DNA of 64,000 nucleotides from Candidatus Bathyarchaeia archaeon (GCA_049521795.1 JBEKOM010000001.1:640001-704000); one strand, 5' to 3'; positions 49,412 through 58,977 are shown, counted from the first letter of the stretch. The notes: generated by a model not told the origin, from the sequence alone. Translations and numbers: made by a program.

Positions 49412-49477
49412 GCGCTCGCCCCGCTATTGCGCAAGCCTTAAATTCTTTTTCAGATGTCGTTCATGATGGTGAATAAA

Positions 49478-49894
49478 ATGCCCAAATACAAAACTACAGC
49501 CAAATGGATTGAGAATGTTCGTTCGGTGGTTGACAATTCAAGAACGCATAGCGTTGTCTGCGACCTTTCCATCCCCGCGGGTGGAGACGACAAAGGTCCG
49601 ACTGCTATTGAACTGGCCATGATGGCCCTAGCAGACTGCGCCGTAACGATATTCGCGGATGTCTGCAAGCAGAGCAAAATTGAAATCACCAAAGTCGAGG
49701 CCGTAGCGGAAGCAGAAAAATCTCCCGACTCTCCCATATTGAGTGGAGTAACCGTGAAGACCAAAGTATGTGCAGTTGCGAGGAAAGAACTGCTGGAGGC
49801 CGCGTGGCGGAGAACTGAGGCAAACTGTCCAGTGCTATCCATATTCAAAGAATCAATTCCCTTGAAAGTGGAATTCGAAGTAGTGCCCAAATAG
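49478..49894 (+). CDS. OsmC family protein
   Basis: GGDDKGPTAIEL..ALADC ... NCPV. Confidence 0.88.
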   Translation: MPKYKTTAKWIENVRSVVDNSRTHSVVCDLSIPAGGDDKGPTAIELAMMALADCAVTIFADVCKQSKIEITKVEAVAEAEKSPDSPILSGVTVKTKVCAVARKELLEAAWRRTEANCPVLSIFKESIPLKVEFEVVPK

Positions 49895-49940
49895 CCAGAA
49901 CAGCCTACTTTAGGCTGAAATGCAGAAAGGAGGTGAATCT

Positions 49941-50225
49941 TTGCTGTTTGTCGCTACCCATACCCATCAAGCCGCAAAATGTCCGTTACTAACGCCTGAA
50001 GGAAAAACAATGATCAAAATGCTCTTTTCAGATGAGAACGTTAGGAAGTCGGGTCTCAAAATAGTCGGAGCCTATATGAGTTGTCCAAAAGACAAGAGTA
50101 CTGATCATAAGGGTTTCTTCATTATAGACGCCGACAGTGCCTTAACGGTTTCAAAGTTCTTCGGTCAAATGGCTGTTGACGTAAGACCAGTCGTACCCTT
50201 CAGCGAAGTCGCGAAAACCATGTAG
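49941..50225 (+). CDS. Small hypothetical protein (DUF3303/GYD-like)
   Basis: FVATHTH...CP, HKGFFIIDAD; GGAGGTGA SD before TTG 49941. Confidence 0.6.
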   Translation: MLFVATHTHQAAKCPLLTPEGKTMIKMLFSDENVRKSGLKIVGAYMSCPKDKSTDHKGFFIIDADSALTVSKFFGQMAVDVRPVVPFSEVAKTM

Positions 50226-50329
50226 CGCCGTCCGAAGAAGCCTATTGACATATCCCTTTTTTATCAAGAAAAGGTGTCTATTTTTGAATTACCCAATTTG
50301 AGAGTGAATGTCCGACAGAAGGTTCAGCA

Positions 50330-52762
50330 TTGAACGAGAAGACCCAAGAGTTCAGTCAGATGACGATAGAGAATACAGTCAAGTCTCTGCAGTCAAATCT
50401 GAACCGTGGGCTCTCGCCGGATGAAGTTGCGACCAAGGTAGGCCAGTATGGATACAATGAAATCCCTGAGAAAAAAACTAACCCGCTGAAGATGTTTGCA
50501 AGTAAGTTCTGGGGTCTCACTGCATGGATGCTTGAAATCATAATTGTGCTTTCATGGTTCCTCCACAATTACCCAGACCTGTACATTGTGAGTGGGCTTC
50601 TTGTCTTCAATTCGATACTGGGTTTTGAGGAAGAACAGAGAGCATCAGGCGCTATGGAATCACTGAAACAGAAGCTGCAAGTCAATGCAAGAGTTCTCAG
50701 AGACGGCTCTTGGAGAAACTTGTCGGCTAGAGAATTGGTTCCAGGTGACATAATTAGGACGCGATCCGGTGACTTTGTGCCTGCCGACGTGAAAATAATA
50801 GATGGCGAGCTAGGAGTCGACCAATCAGCCTTGACGGGAGAGTCAATGACAATAGACAAAAAATCAAGCGACGTTCTCTATTCGGGCACCATTGTCAAGA
50901 GAGGCGAATCCAACGGCATCGTCATCTCAACAGGGCTGAAAACGTATTTTGGAAGAACTGCCCAGTTAGTCCAGCTTGCAAGGCCAAAACTGCACATGGA
51001 AGAAGTCATTTCAAACGTCGTCAAGTGGCTTCTGGTTATAGTTGTGTCGCTGATCATCATTGCTGTAGCTGTTTCAGCGTTCGAGGGTATCAGTCTTTTG
51101 GATGTGCTGCCAATAGTCTTGGTTCTATTTTTGTCTGCGATACCTGTTGCTTTGCCGGCAATGTTCACTGTCAGTATGGCGTTGGGCTCTATGGAGTTGG
51201 CCAAAAAAGGCGTGCTTGTGACTAGGCTGAGCGCGTCTGAGGATGCGGCAACGATGAGTGTGCTCTGCGCTGACAAAACGGGCACAATAACCATGAATAA
51301 GCTTTCAGTTGCAAACGTAATCCCTCTGAATGGGTTTACTGAGAAAGATGTAATACTGTACGGTGCCTTGGCTTCTCAAGAGGCTAACCAAGATCCTATT
51401 GATAACGCCTTTATTGTCAAGGCTAAATTGGAGAATTTGCCCGTTTCTTCGTTTGTACAGAGGAATTTTGTTCCTTTTGACGCGAAAACACGGAGAACTG
51501 AAGCCTTGGTGCAAAAGGACAACAGTGAATTCAAGGTCTTGAAGGGAGCTGTCAGTATCATAGCCAAAGAATGTGGGCTTCAAGACGACTTCGCAAGAGA
51601 CTTGGAATCCCGGATGAGCAAGTTGGCCGAAAAAGGTTACAGAACCCTAGCAGTCGCACGAGCACATGATCACGAGTCTCCTGATATTGTCGGTTTAGTG
51701 GCGCTTTACGACATGCCTAGGACTGATTCAAAACAGCTGATACAAGAGCTCAAGCACCTAGGGATATCAGTGAAAATGTTGACAGGAGACGCTCTTGCAA
51801 TAGCGAAGGAAGTTGCAGCTGAAGTAGGGCTCGGCGAACGGGTGATTAAAGCTTCGGACCTGAAAGAATTCGTAAAAGAGAACGCAATAGAAGCGGCACA
51901 GGCAGCCGAGAAAAGCGATGGGTTCGCAGAGATATATCCTGAGGACAAATACGCGATCGTCAAAAGCCTACAAGCCGCAGGACAGGTTGTGGGCATGACA
52001 GGCGACGGCGTGAATGATGCACCAGCCTTGAGACAAGCGGAAGTGGGCATAGCCGTGAGCAGTGCAACGGACGTTGCGAAGGGTGCAGCCAGCGTCGTCC
52101 TAACGAATGAGGGTTTGACCAGCATTGTCGATTTGGTCAGAAATGGGAGGGTAATCTTCGAAAGAATATCTGCATGGGTGCTGAGCAAGATAGTGAGAAC
52201 TTTACAGACTGCCATTTTCGTGGTCCTGTCCTTTATCTTAACGGGTAATTACGTCGTGTCAGCGTTCGCAATAGTTCTCCTCTTTTTCATGACCGACTTC
52301 GTCAAGATAGCACTGTCCACGGACGATTTGAAATGGTCACAGGAACCTAATACTTGGAACATAACTGGGATAGTGAAAGTGTCGCTGCTGCTTAGCACGC
52401 TGATTGTCATCGAGTCGTTTGGGCTCTTATATGTGGGACTCAACGTGTTCCATTTGAATGTCGCCGACGAAACCTTGTACACGTTCAGTTTTGAAATACT
52501 ATTCTATTTTGCCATGTTCCTAATATTCAACGTTAGAGAAAGAGAACATTTTTGGGAGTCGAGACCAAGCAAGACCCTGCTCACAGCAATGATACTGAGT
52601 ATGATTGCTGCAACAATAGTGACGACAACTGGAATTCCAGGCCTCAAACCTATACCATTGAATGAAACTCTATTTGTGGCGTTCTGCACTGCTACACTCT
52701 CGCTAACACTCAATGATCTGGCCAAGTTTCTCTTTGTTAAGAAAACAGAAAATAGATGGTGA
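50330..52762 (+). CDS. P-type H+-ATPase (type IIIA)
   Basis: DQSALTGES, IPVALP, CADKTGT, KGA, MTGDGVNDAPAL, TM6 Asp (MTDF). Confidence 0.92.
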   Translation: MNEKTQEFSQMTIENTVKSLQSNLNRGLSPDEVATKVGQYGYNEIPEKKTNPLKMFASKFWGLTAWMLEIIIVLSWFLHNYPDLYIVSGLLVFNSILGFEEEQRASGAMESLKQKLQVNARVLRDGSWRNLSARELVPGDIIRTRSGDFVPADVKIIDGELGVDQSALTGESMTIDKKSSDVLYSGTIVKRGESNGIVISTGLKTYFGRTAQLVQLARPKLHMEEVISNVVKWLLVIVVSLIIIAVAVSAFEGISLLDVLPIVLVLFLSAIPVALPAMFTVSMALGSMELAKKGVLVTRLSASEDAATMSVLCADKTGTITMNKLSVANVIPLNGFTEKDVILYGALASQEANQDPIDNAFIVKAKLENLPVSSFVQRNFVPFDAKTRRTEALVQKDNSEFKVLKGAVSIIAKECGLQDDFARDLESRMSKLAEKGYRTLAVARAHDHESPDIVGLVALYDMPRTDSKQLIQELKHLGISVKMLTGDALAIAKEVAAEVGLGERVIKASDLKEFVKENAIEAAQAAEKSDGFAEIYPEDKYAIVKSLQAAGQVVGMTGDGVNDAPALRQAEVGIAVSSATDVAKGAASVVLTNEGLTSIVDLVRNGRVIFERISAWVLSKIVRTLQTAIFVVLSFILTGNYVVSAFAIVLLFFMTDFVKIALSTDDLKWSQEPNTWNITGIVKVSLLLSTLIVIESFGLLYVGLNVFHLNVADETLYTFSFEILFYFAMFLIFNVREREHFWESRPSKTLLTAMILSMIAATIVTTTGIPGLKPIPLNETLFVAFCTATLSLTLNDLAKFLFVKKTENRW

Positions 52763-52780
52763 GATGCCCGAAGTCGAAAA

Positions 52781-53023
52781 ATGTCGCATATAAGAAGTGG
52801 CTGCGTCGTCTGTGGGGAGGAACTTGTTTATGGACAGAGTGAGAAACTAGAGTGCTTCTGCTGTCACAAAATTCTTGATTCAAACGCAAAGTGCGGAAAG
52901 GGGCACTACGTCTGCGACAAGTGCTATAGTATGCCTGGAAACGATCTGATAGAGAATTTCTGCAATACCAGCAAAATAGCAGATCCTTTGGAATTTGCGC
53001 GCGCGAGCTTTGCTTTTTTTTGA
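52781..53023 (+). pseudogene. Truncated Cys-rich protein (N-terminus of a DUF5714-like protein)
   Basis: SGCVVCGEELVY..C.CC....C.KGHYVCDKC; reading runs into GCGCGCGCG and a T-run, then stops. Confidence 0.6.
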
Positions 53024-53031
53024 ATTGAGCA

Positions 53032-55437
53032 TCATTGTGGACCGCTTTTGAATTTGCGTATCAGATATACCTTGACGGGGTCATTGATCAGAAACGTCAC
53101 TATTAATGTATAGCCCAAGATTGTAAGTACGGGTATGTAGCCGAGTGGAGCAAGTTCTAGGAAGCCTAAGAGCGAAATCGCAATCACAAACAGGATTTCC
53201 ACCGTGATTGTGATGTTTAGAAAATTGCTGGGTCGTGACTTCCAGAAATGATTCCGTTCACGTACGATCATGAGAGTGAATACTCCTGCAAGATTCAAAT
53301 AGGCAAACCCGAATGTGTAGATCTTGTCCACGTTCCCGGTCAGCCCGAAATATGATAAACTAGCCACGGTGAGAACTACACTTTCGATTATCATCAGTAT
53401 CCCTAATGATCCGCTGACTCCAAACAGCCGCGAAACTTTGAACGAATCAGGCTTCGAAGAAGACTGCACGTTATCCGTCGATATAGACATCGAGACGAAG
53501 TCGCCTAAGAAAAGCAGGAGCACTGTGCCAGTAATTGACAGCATGAAGGAGTGAGTGAGAAACAGCATGACAACAATGTACCCGACGATATGCAGTTTCC
53601 GAGCGACCATCATCAACGCCCAGCTATAGATCCGCTGGTAAATCGTCCTCGACGTCTTGATCATAGCTATTATGCCTCCAAGACCCTCACCAGTGAGCAC
53701 GGCGCTTGCCGAATCTTTAGCAATATCCATTGCATTCTTGACTGCTATTCCCACTTCTGCCTGACTCAAAGCGGGAGCGTCATTCACACCATCGCCAGTC
53801 ATTCCAACCACGTGCCCGCGGTCCTGAAGAGCCTTCACTATCGTGAACTTGTCTTCAGGGTAAATCTCAGCAATGCCATCACTATCTTCAACCGTGGAGT
53901 CCAGAATCTCCCTTTGATCTTCCAACTTCTCGATCTTTGCCATCTTGGTTATCTTGTCGCCTAAACCTATCTGCTGAGCGATGTTCCTTGCAATCGGGAG
54001 CGCGTCGCCTGTAAGCATCTTCAAAGACACGCCCAAATCGCGGATTCGATCTAATGCGCCACGCGAATCTTCCCGTACCCTGTCGGCCACCCCTGCGAGA
54101 CCGACGAACGCAAGTCGACTCTTGTGATTCCCTCTGGCAACAGCGATCACTCTGAGCCCCTTGGCCGAGAGTGCCTCGGCATGCCTGAACAGGTCTTTTG
54201 ATTCTTTATCTGGTAAATTGCAGGAGGAGCAAATGGTGTTAATTGAGCCTTTTCCCACGTAGAATGTTTCACCCGATTTCTGAATCGTAGCTTCTGTCAT
54301 TCTAGTTTTGGGATCGAATGGCACGAACTCCATTTGCGAGTAACCGTCTAATGAGATATGTTCCTCAGCTGCGGCCGTCAAAAATGCTATATCTATAGGG
54401 TCTTGATTGGCTTCTTTCGATGCGAGCGCCCCGTAGAGCAAAACATCGTTTTTGCTGAGCCCATTAGTCGGAATTTCTTCTTCGATGAAGAGTTTATTCA
54501 TGGTGATTGTGCCTGTCTTGTCCGCACATAATACGTCCATAGTGGCTGCATCCTCGCTTGCGCTGAGCCTTGTAACAAGGACTCCTTGCTTTGCAAGCGC
54601 TGAAGAACCTAGCGCCATATTCACGGTGAACATGGTCGGCATCGCAACTGGCACGGAAGCCACAAGAAGTACTCCTGCAAGCGGCAGCAACACGTCAAAC
54701 GGGAACCCTGTGAGAAGAGCGTACACGAAGACTATTAGAAGAGATCCGAGAACTATCGTAAGAAGTCGGTTTGCAACTTTTACTGTTACCTCCTCCATGT
54801 GCAGCTTAGGTTTTGCAAGCTCGAGCAACGAAACGGTTTTTCCAAAGTAAGTCTTTGTTCCCGTGGCATCGACCGTGCCTGTAGCTTCCCCACGTTTGAC
54901 CGCTGATCCGGAATATGCTTTTTCTCCAAGAGATTTTTCCACGATTATAGATTCGCCTGTGAGGGCTGACTGGTCAACGCCGAAAGAACCGTCGATGATT
55001 TTCACGTCTGCAGGCAAGAGGTCGCCTGCTCTGACTCTTACGAGGTCACCAGGGACAAGTTCCCTAGCTGGAATGATTGACCATTTTCCATCCCTTTTGA
55101 CTCTGCTCTGGATCCGCAGCTTCTGCTTCAACGCAGCCATTGCTGTTCTGGCTCTTTTTTCTCGCCACAGTGCCATTGCAGCATTGAAGAGAAGGAGGAA
55201 CACGATGACGAGAGTTTGTGGATACTTGCCGAGCAGAAACGTGATTACTGCCGTGGCTTCAAGCATCCAAGGGACGATGCCCCAGAACCGTTTTCCAAGC
55301 CTTATGACAAAACTTACTTTCTTCTCAGGGATCTCATTATATCCATACCTTTCAAGCCTTCTCTGGGCTTCAATAGTCTCCAGTCCATTTTCAAAGTTAG
55401 TTTCTGACAATTTCTGTTCTTTATCTGGACCGACCAA
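53032..55437 (-). CDS. P-type H+-ATPase (type IIIA), second copy
   Basis: DQSALTGES, VPVAMP, CADKTGT, MTGDGVNDAPAL, TM6 Asp (LGDF); TTG 55437 after AGGTGA. Confidence 0.9.
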   Translation of the reverse strand: MVGPDKEQKLSETNFENGLETIEAQRRLERYGYNEIPEKKVSFVIRLGKRFWGIVPWMLEATAVITFLLGKYPQTLVIVFLLLFNAAMALWREKRARTAMAALKQKLRIQSRVKRDGKWSIIPARELVPGDLVRVRAGDLLPADVKIIDGSFGVDQSALTGESIIVEKSLGEKAYSGSAVKRGEATGTVDATGTKTYFGKTVSLLELAKPKLHMEEVTVKVANRLLTIVLGSLLIVFVYALLTGFPFDVLLPLAGVLLVASVPVAMPTMFTVNMALGSSALAKQGVLVTRLSASEDAATMDVLCADKTGTITMNKLFIEEEIPTNGLSKNDVLLYGALASKEANQDPIDIAFLTAAAEEHISLDGYSQMEFVPFDPKTRMTEATIQKSGETFYVGKGSINTICSSCNLPDKESKDLFRHAEALSAKGLRVIAVARGNHKSRLAFVGLAGVADRVREDSRGALDRIRDLGVSLKMLTGDALPIARNIAQQIGLGDKITKMAKIEKLEDQREILDSTVEDSDGIAEIYPEDKFTIVKALQDRGHVVGMTGDGVNDAPALSQAEVGIAVKNAMDIAKDSASAVLTGEGLGGIIAMIKTSRTIYQRIYSWALMMVARKLHIVGYIVVMLFLTHSFMLSITGTVLLLFLGDFVSMSISTDNVQSSSKPDSFKVSRLFGVSGSLGILMIIESVVLTVASLSYFGLTGNVDKIYTFGFAYLNLAGVFTLMIVRERNHFWKSRPSNFLNITITVEILFVIAISLLGFLELAPLGYIPVLTILGYTLIVTFLINDPVKVYLIRKFKSGPQ

Positions 55438-55450
55438 ACGCTCACCTAAG

Positions 55451-55777
55451 CTAATAAACCAATTGTTCAACAATACGTTTTGAAATATCGTCCATCAGTT
55501 CGAGGGTCGCCGCATCAATTATCTCAAATATTCTGCGATCTGTAATTGAATAGAGTCTTCTGTTGCCGTCTTTTCTGTCCCTCACTAGACCACAGTCTTT
55601 GAGAATTTTCAAATGGCGGGATACAACGGGCTGGATTAGTCCAACATGCGGGATTATTTCACACACACATTTCTCGTTGGTGCGTAGGAATTCAAGGATT
55701 TCAAGTCTCGTCGGGTCCGATAGGGCGTTAAAAATCTTTGCCTTGAACTTGACGAGTTTCTCTGCTTTGGAATGCAT
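55451..55777 (-). CDS. arsR: ArsR/SmtB family metalloregulator
   Basis: FNALSDPTRLEIL, EKCVCEI (alpha3 Cys site), VSRHLKILK. Confidence 0.9.
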   Translation of the reverse strand: MHSKAEKLVKFKAKIFNALSDPTRLEILEFLRTNEKCVCEIIPHVGLIQPVVSRHLKILKDCGLVRDRKDGNRRLYSITDRRIFEIIDAATLELMDDISKRIVEQLVY

Positions 55778-55797
55778 ACTTAGGATAATAACAATAA

Positions 55798-55813
55798 CAA
55801 TATTTAAATATTG
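55798..55813. promoter_or_regulatory. Perfect 16-bp palindrome CAATATTTAAATATTG: candidate ArsR operator / bidirectional TATA
   Basis: Lies in the 102-bp divergent gap between arsR and the DGC operon. Confidence 0.6.
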
Positions 55814-55879
55814 CTATAGACTCTTCCGTATTGGTATGCTAGAAAAGTCAAACGAGACATACGAGAAGAGGAATAGTTC

Positions 55880-56248
55880 GTGGAAAAAAGAAAAGTGAGC
55901 TTCATATTCTGTGTCTGCACGGGCAAGTGCTCTGGGTTCAAGGATTTGGATATGTGGGATTTCATAAACGTCATAAGAGCCGAGTATCCAGTTGAATACG
56001 CATTCATTCATCCCATGCTTTGTGATGAAGATGGGGAACGTTTCTTTGCAGACTTTCTCCGAAAAGACAGACTCTATGTCATAGGAGGATGTGCCCCAGT
56101 GATGCAGAAAAAATTGTTTCGAGACGCCTTTGCAAAGGCAGGGCTTGACATAAACAAAGACTTGGTTTCTCTTGACGTCAGGAATATGACGACCGAAAAG
56201 GCATTAGAAACTGTGAAGAAAGCCTTGGAGACCGCGGGTCAAGCATGA
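55880..56248 (+). CDS. Stand-alone HdrA N-terminal-like Fe-S domain protein
   Basis: FIFCVC...HPMLC...VIGGCAP..QKKLFRDAF..AGL...DVR parallels HdrA GVFICHC...YTC...VVASCTP.THEPLF..AGL...NIR. Confidence 0.6.
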   Translation: MEKRKVSFIFCVCTGKCSGFKDLDMWDFINVIRAEYPVEYAFIHPMLCDEDGERFFADFLRKDRLYVIGGCAPVMQKKLFRDAFAKAGLDINKDLVSLDVRNMTTEKALETVKKALETAGQA

Positions 56249-56535
56249 CAGAAGAAACATACATGGGTGTTCCACGAAGCAGAATCCCTTGGTGTCCAAA
56301 GATAGATACATTGAAATGTAACCAGTGCGAGGGCGACCCGCAATGCCTCAGATTTTGCCCCCATGGAGTGTTCGAATACAACAAGGAAAAGAAGGAATTC
56401 ATCGTCAAAAACCCAAATAACTGCGTCGTGTTCTGCAGGGCGTGTTCCAAAGTTTGTGCTGAGGACGCTCTGAGTTTTCCAGAGAAGAAGGAAATTCTGA
56501 AGCTGATAAAGAATGTCAGAGAAGAAAAAAAGTAA
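56245..56535 (+). CDS. 2x[4Fe-4S] ferredoxin family protein
   Basis: CNQC....CLRFCP and CVVFCRACSKVC. Confidence 0.88.
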   Translation: MTEETYMGVPRSRIPWCPKIDTLKCNQCEGDPQCLRFCPHGVFEYNKEKKEFIVKNPNNCVVFCRACSKVCAEDALSFPEKKEILKLIKNVREEKK

Positions 56536-56917
56536 GTACATAATCATCCCGTGTAGCGGGATCGGAAAGGCACTGGGAACGATAACGCGTAGAGCCACAT
56601 GCATCGTAACTGAAGAACTGTTGCCGAATGATACTGATTCTATTTGTCTTCCTTTGCTCACAATCGAAGATGAGGAGACTGTGCGGAAGATAAGAGAGAA
56701 CCCTTGCATAACCCTAGATGGCTGCGTTGCTCAATGTGCCAAAAAAAATGTTGAACACCATTACGGAGAACTCAAAGGAAGCATCAGGATCCTGGACGTG
56801 ATCAAGGAGAATCCCAAGCTTAAGCCTGGAACCGTGCTGGACATCGGACCTGACGGTGAGAAACTGGCAAGAAAAACAGCCGAAAAAACCGTCAAAATCA
56901 TAGGGGATAAAAGTTGA
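56513..56917 (+). CDS. DGC-domain (putative zinc-binding) protein 1
   Basis: PCSG...ICL...LDGCVAQCA. Confidence 0.85.
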   Translation: MSEKKKSKYIIIPCSGIGKALGTITRRATCIVTEELLPNDTDSICLPLLTIEDEETVRKIRENPCITLDGCVAQCAKKNVEHHYGELKGSIRILDVIKENPKLKPGTVLDIGPDGEKLARKTAEKTVKIIGDKS

Positions 56918-57318
56918 TCAAACGCAAAATAGGCCTGATCTCCTGCAGCGGAGAAGGGCTTCCTGAAGGAATGATATCCCGCGTAGCAACTCGAAGAATA
57001 CTAGAAGAACGCGACGATGTCGTAACAATCTGCCTTCCTCTCTTTCTCGCAGGAGGACAAGAAGAGAGAGACTTCGCCAAGGACAATCCTTGCATAACCG
57101 TTGACGGCTGCGACAAGATGTGTGCGGCCAAAGGCGTCCAAATGTACGGCAAAGTGCATCCCAAATCGTCAATAGTCATATCAGACATTGCAGAAAAACA
57201 TAAACATCTTAAACCCAAATCAAAAAGCAGAATAGAACCTCAAGACGAGAAGCTTGTTAGAGAAACCATGAAACGCATTACTGAGGAGATAGACAGAGCA
57301 GAGGAGGAAGAAGAGTAG
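56914..57318 (+). CDS. DGC-domain protein 2
   Basis: SCSG...ICL...VDGCDKMCA. Confidence 0.85.
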   Translation: MIKRKIGLISCSGEGLPEGMISRVATRRILEERDDVVTICLPLFLAGGQEERDFAKDNPCITVDGCDKMCAAKGVQMYGKVHPKSSIVISDIAEKHKHLKPKSKSRIEPQDEKLVRETMKRITEEIDRAEEEEE

Positions 57319-57319
57319 C

Positions 57320-57739
57320 ATGCCAATAGAAAAGAAAGTTGCCGTTGCTGTTTGCACGGGCATGGACCGACCGCTTGCAACAGTGTCCCGATACGCAGGA
57401 TACCATGTTCTAGAAAAACTGAGGACAGACAAGACTGTCTTACTTTGCACTCCAGCCCTAATAGGTGGCGTTCAAGAGGACGTGACCTTTGCCAAAGAGA
57501 ACCCAGTTTTGGTTATCGATGGCTGTGGAGAAAAGTGCTGTGAAAAGATAGTCAACGAGGCGAAAGGGAAAATCAAAGCCGTCATAAACGTTGAAGACGT
57601 TCTTAAGGAGCATGAAGACCTGCAGCCGGAGTCTAGAGCTAAGCTTGGGCCGAAAGGCATGAAACTTGCCGAGATAGTGGGTGAGATGGCCGCGAAGAAG
57701 GTTGACGAGATACTCGCAGAGGTGAACAAGAGTGAGTGA
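57320..57739 (+). CDS. DGC-domain protein 3
   Basis: VCTG...LCT...IDGCGEKCC. Confidence 0.85.
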   Translation: MPIEKKVAVAVCTGMDRPLATVSRYAGYHVLEKLRTDKTVLLCTPALIGGVQEDVTFAKENPVLVIDGCGEKCCEKIVNEAKGKIKAVINVEDVLKEHEDLQPESRAKLGPKGMKLAEIVGEMAAKKVDEILAEVNKSE

Positions 57740-58127
57740 CAAGAAAGTCGCCATAGTTGCTTGCTCTGGCATGGGAAAAGCCCTTGGAACAGTGGCTCGA
57801 CAGGTCGCTTACAAGGTTGTGGACGAACTGAGACCTGACAAGACAGCCCTAATCTGCATTCCATCTTTGACCGCAGGGGTCGGAGAGTACAAGAGCCTGC
57901 TGCAAAAGTATCCTTCTATCATACTCGATGGTTGTGTGGAAAGGTGTGCCACCAAGATCATTTCCAAGAACCGAGGCATTATGAGAGCCAAAGTGTTTAT
58001 GCCCCAAATGGTTGCGAAGTATGGCTTGAAGCCAAAGTCGCGAACTGACCTTGGTGAAGAAGGCGAGAAGCTAGTTTCTAAGATAGCTGAGGAAGTAGCG
58101 GCGCTGGTTGACCAACTATCAAGGTGA
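57732..58127 (+). CDS. DGC-domain protein 4
   Basis: ACSG...ICI...LDGCVERCA. Confidence 0.85.
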   Translation: MSDKKVAIVACSGMGKALGTVARQVAYKVVDELRPDKTALICIPSLTAGVGEYKSLLQKYPSIILDGCVERCATKIISKNRGIMRAKVFMPQMVAKYGLKPKSRTDLGEEGEKLVSKIAEEVAALVDQLSR

Positions 58128-58606
58128 AACACATGGAACATCTACAACTGAAAGTTGACAAATATACGTTCACTGTTCCCAAAGGTCTCTTCTATAATGA
58201 GAATGATTTCTGGGCCAGAATTGACGGCAAGATAGCCACGGTTGGAATAACGTCCTACCTGCAAAATCATTTGAGTGACATAATCTTCGTTTCCCTTCCA
58301 CAAGTTGGCACGAAGATTGAACAGTTCGGTGAAGCCGGATCTTTTGAATCAGTTAAGGCTGCTCTCGACGTCATATCACCCGTTTCAGGTTCAGTGGTGG
58401 AAGTCAATAATGAATTGGTAATTTCACCTGATCTAGCTAACTCCGATCCATACGGCAAAGGCTGGTTTCTGAAAATCGAGCTGTCAGACTTTGAATCAGA
58501 CAAAGAGAACCTCGCAGACGCTGAAGGATATTTTGAGGTAATGAAGAAAAAAGTCGAGAAAGAACATGAACAACTGAAGGGTACGCACGCTGCAAACAAG
58601 ACGTAG
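58124..58606 (+). CDS. gcvH: Glycine cleavage H-like lipoyl carrier protein
   Basis: ATVGIT, ESVKA lipoyl-Lys, SPVSG.VVEVN, NSDPYGKGW. Confidence 0.9.
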   Translation: MKHMEHLQLKVDKYTFTVPKGLFYNENDFWARIDGKIATVGITSYLQNHLSDIIFVSLPQVGTKIEQFGEAGSFESVKAALDVISPVSGSVVEVNNELVISPDLANSDPYGKGWFLKIELSDFESDKENLADAEGYFEVMKKKVEKEHEQLKGTHAANKT

Positions 58607-58624
58607 AGAGGAGATCAAGCCATC

Positions 58625-58855
58625 ATGGATGCAAGCTATGAGGAAATAAGCAGAAAGTACCGGTTACTCAAAACTGAACAGGCGAGTATCGACCTATTCT
58701 CTCTGCAAAGGGAAATTCAGGACTACATAAAGAATCGCCAGGGCGCAAAACGAAAAGCTGGTGATATGGTGGAGGAAGCACAGGACATGTTAATGGATGT
58801 TACGCAGATGATTGAAGAGGGTCACTGTAACCCTCTTAGAAATAAGAAACTGTAG
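58625..58855 (+). CDS. Small helical hypothetical protein
   Basis: GGAGA SD; operon position; C-terminal GHCNP. Confidence 0.6.
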   Translation: MDASYEEISRKYRLLKTEQASIDLFSLQREIQDYIKNRQGAKRKAGDMVEEAQDMLMDVTQMIEEGHCNPLRNKKL

Positions 58856-58977
58856 TCATTTCTTCTGTCTGGGTTGGAACTATGAAGAGAATTGTGCTTA
58901 TAGCGCTAAGAACGCAGGCAAACACGGGGGACTGAAGCGCTCGTCAGATGCGGGGGAAAGCGAAGAGGTGCTTGTAA

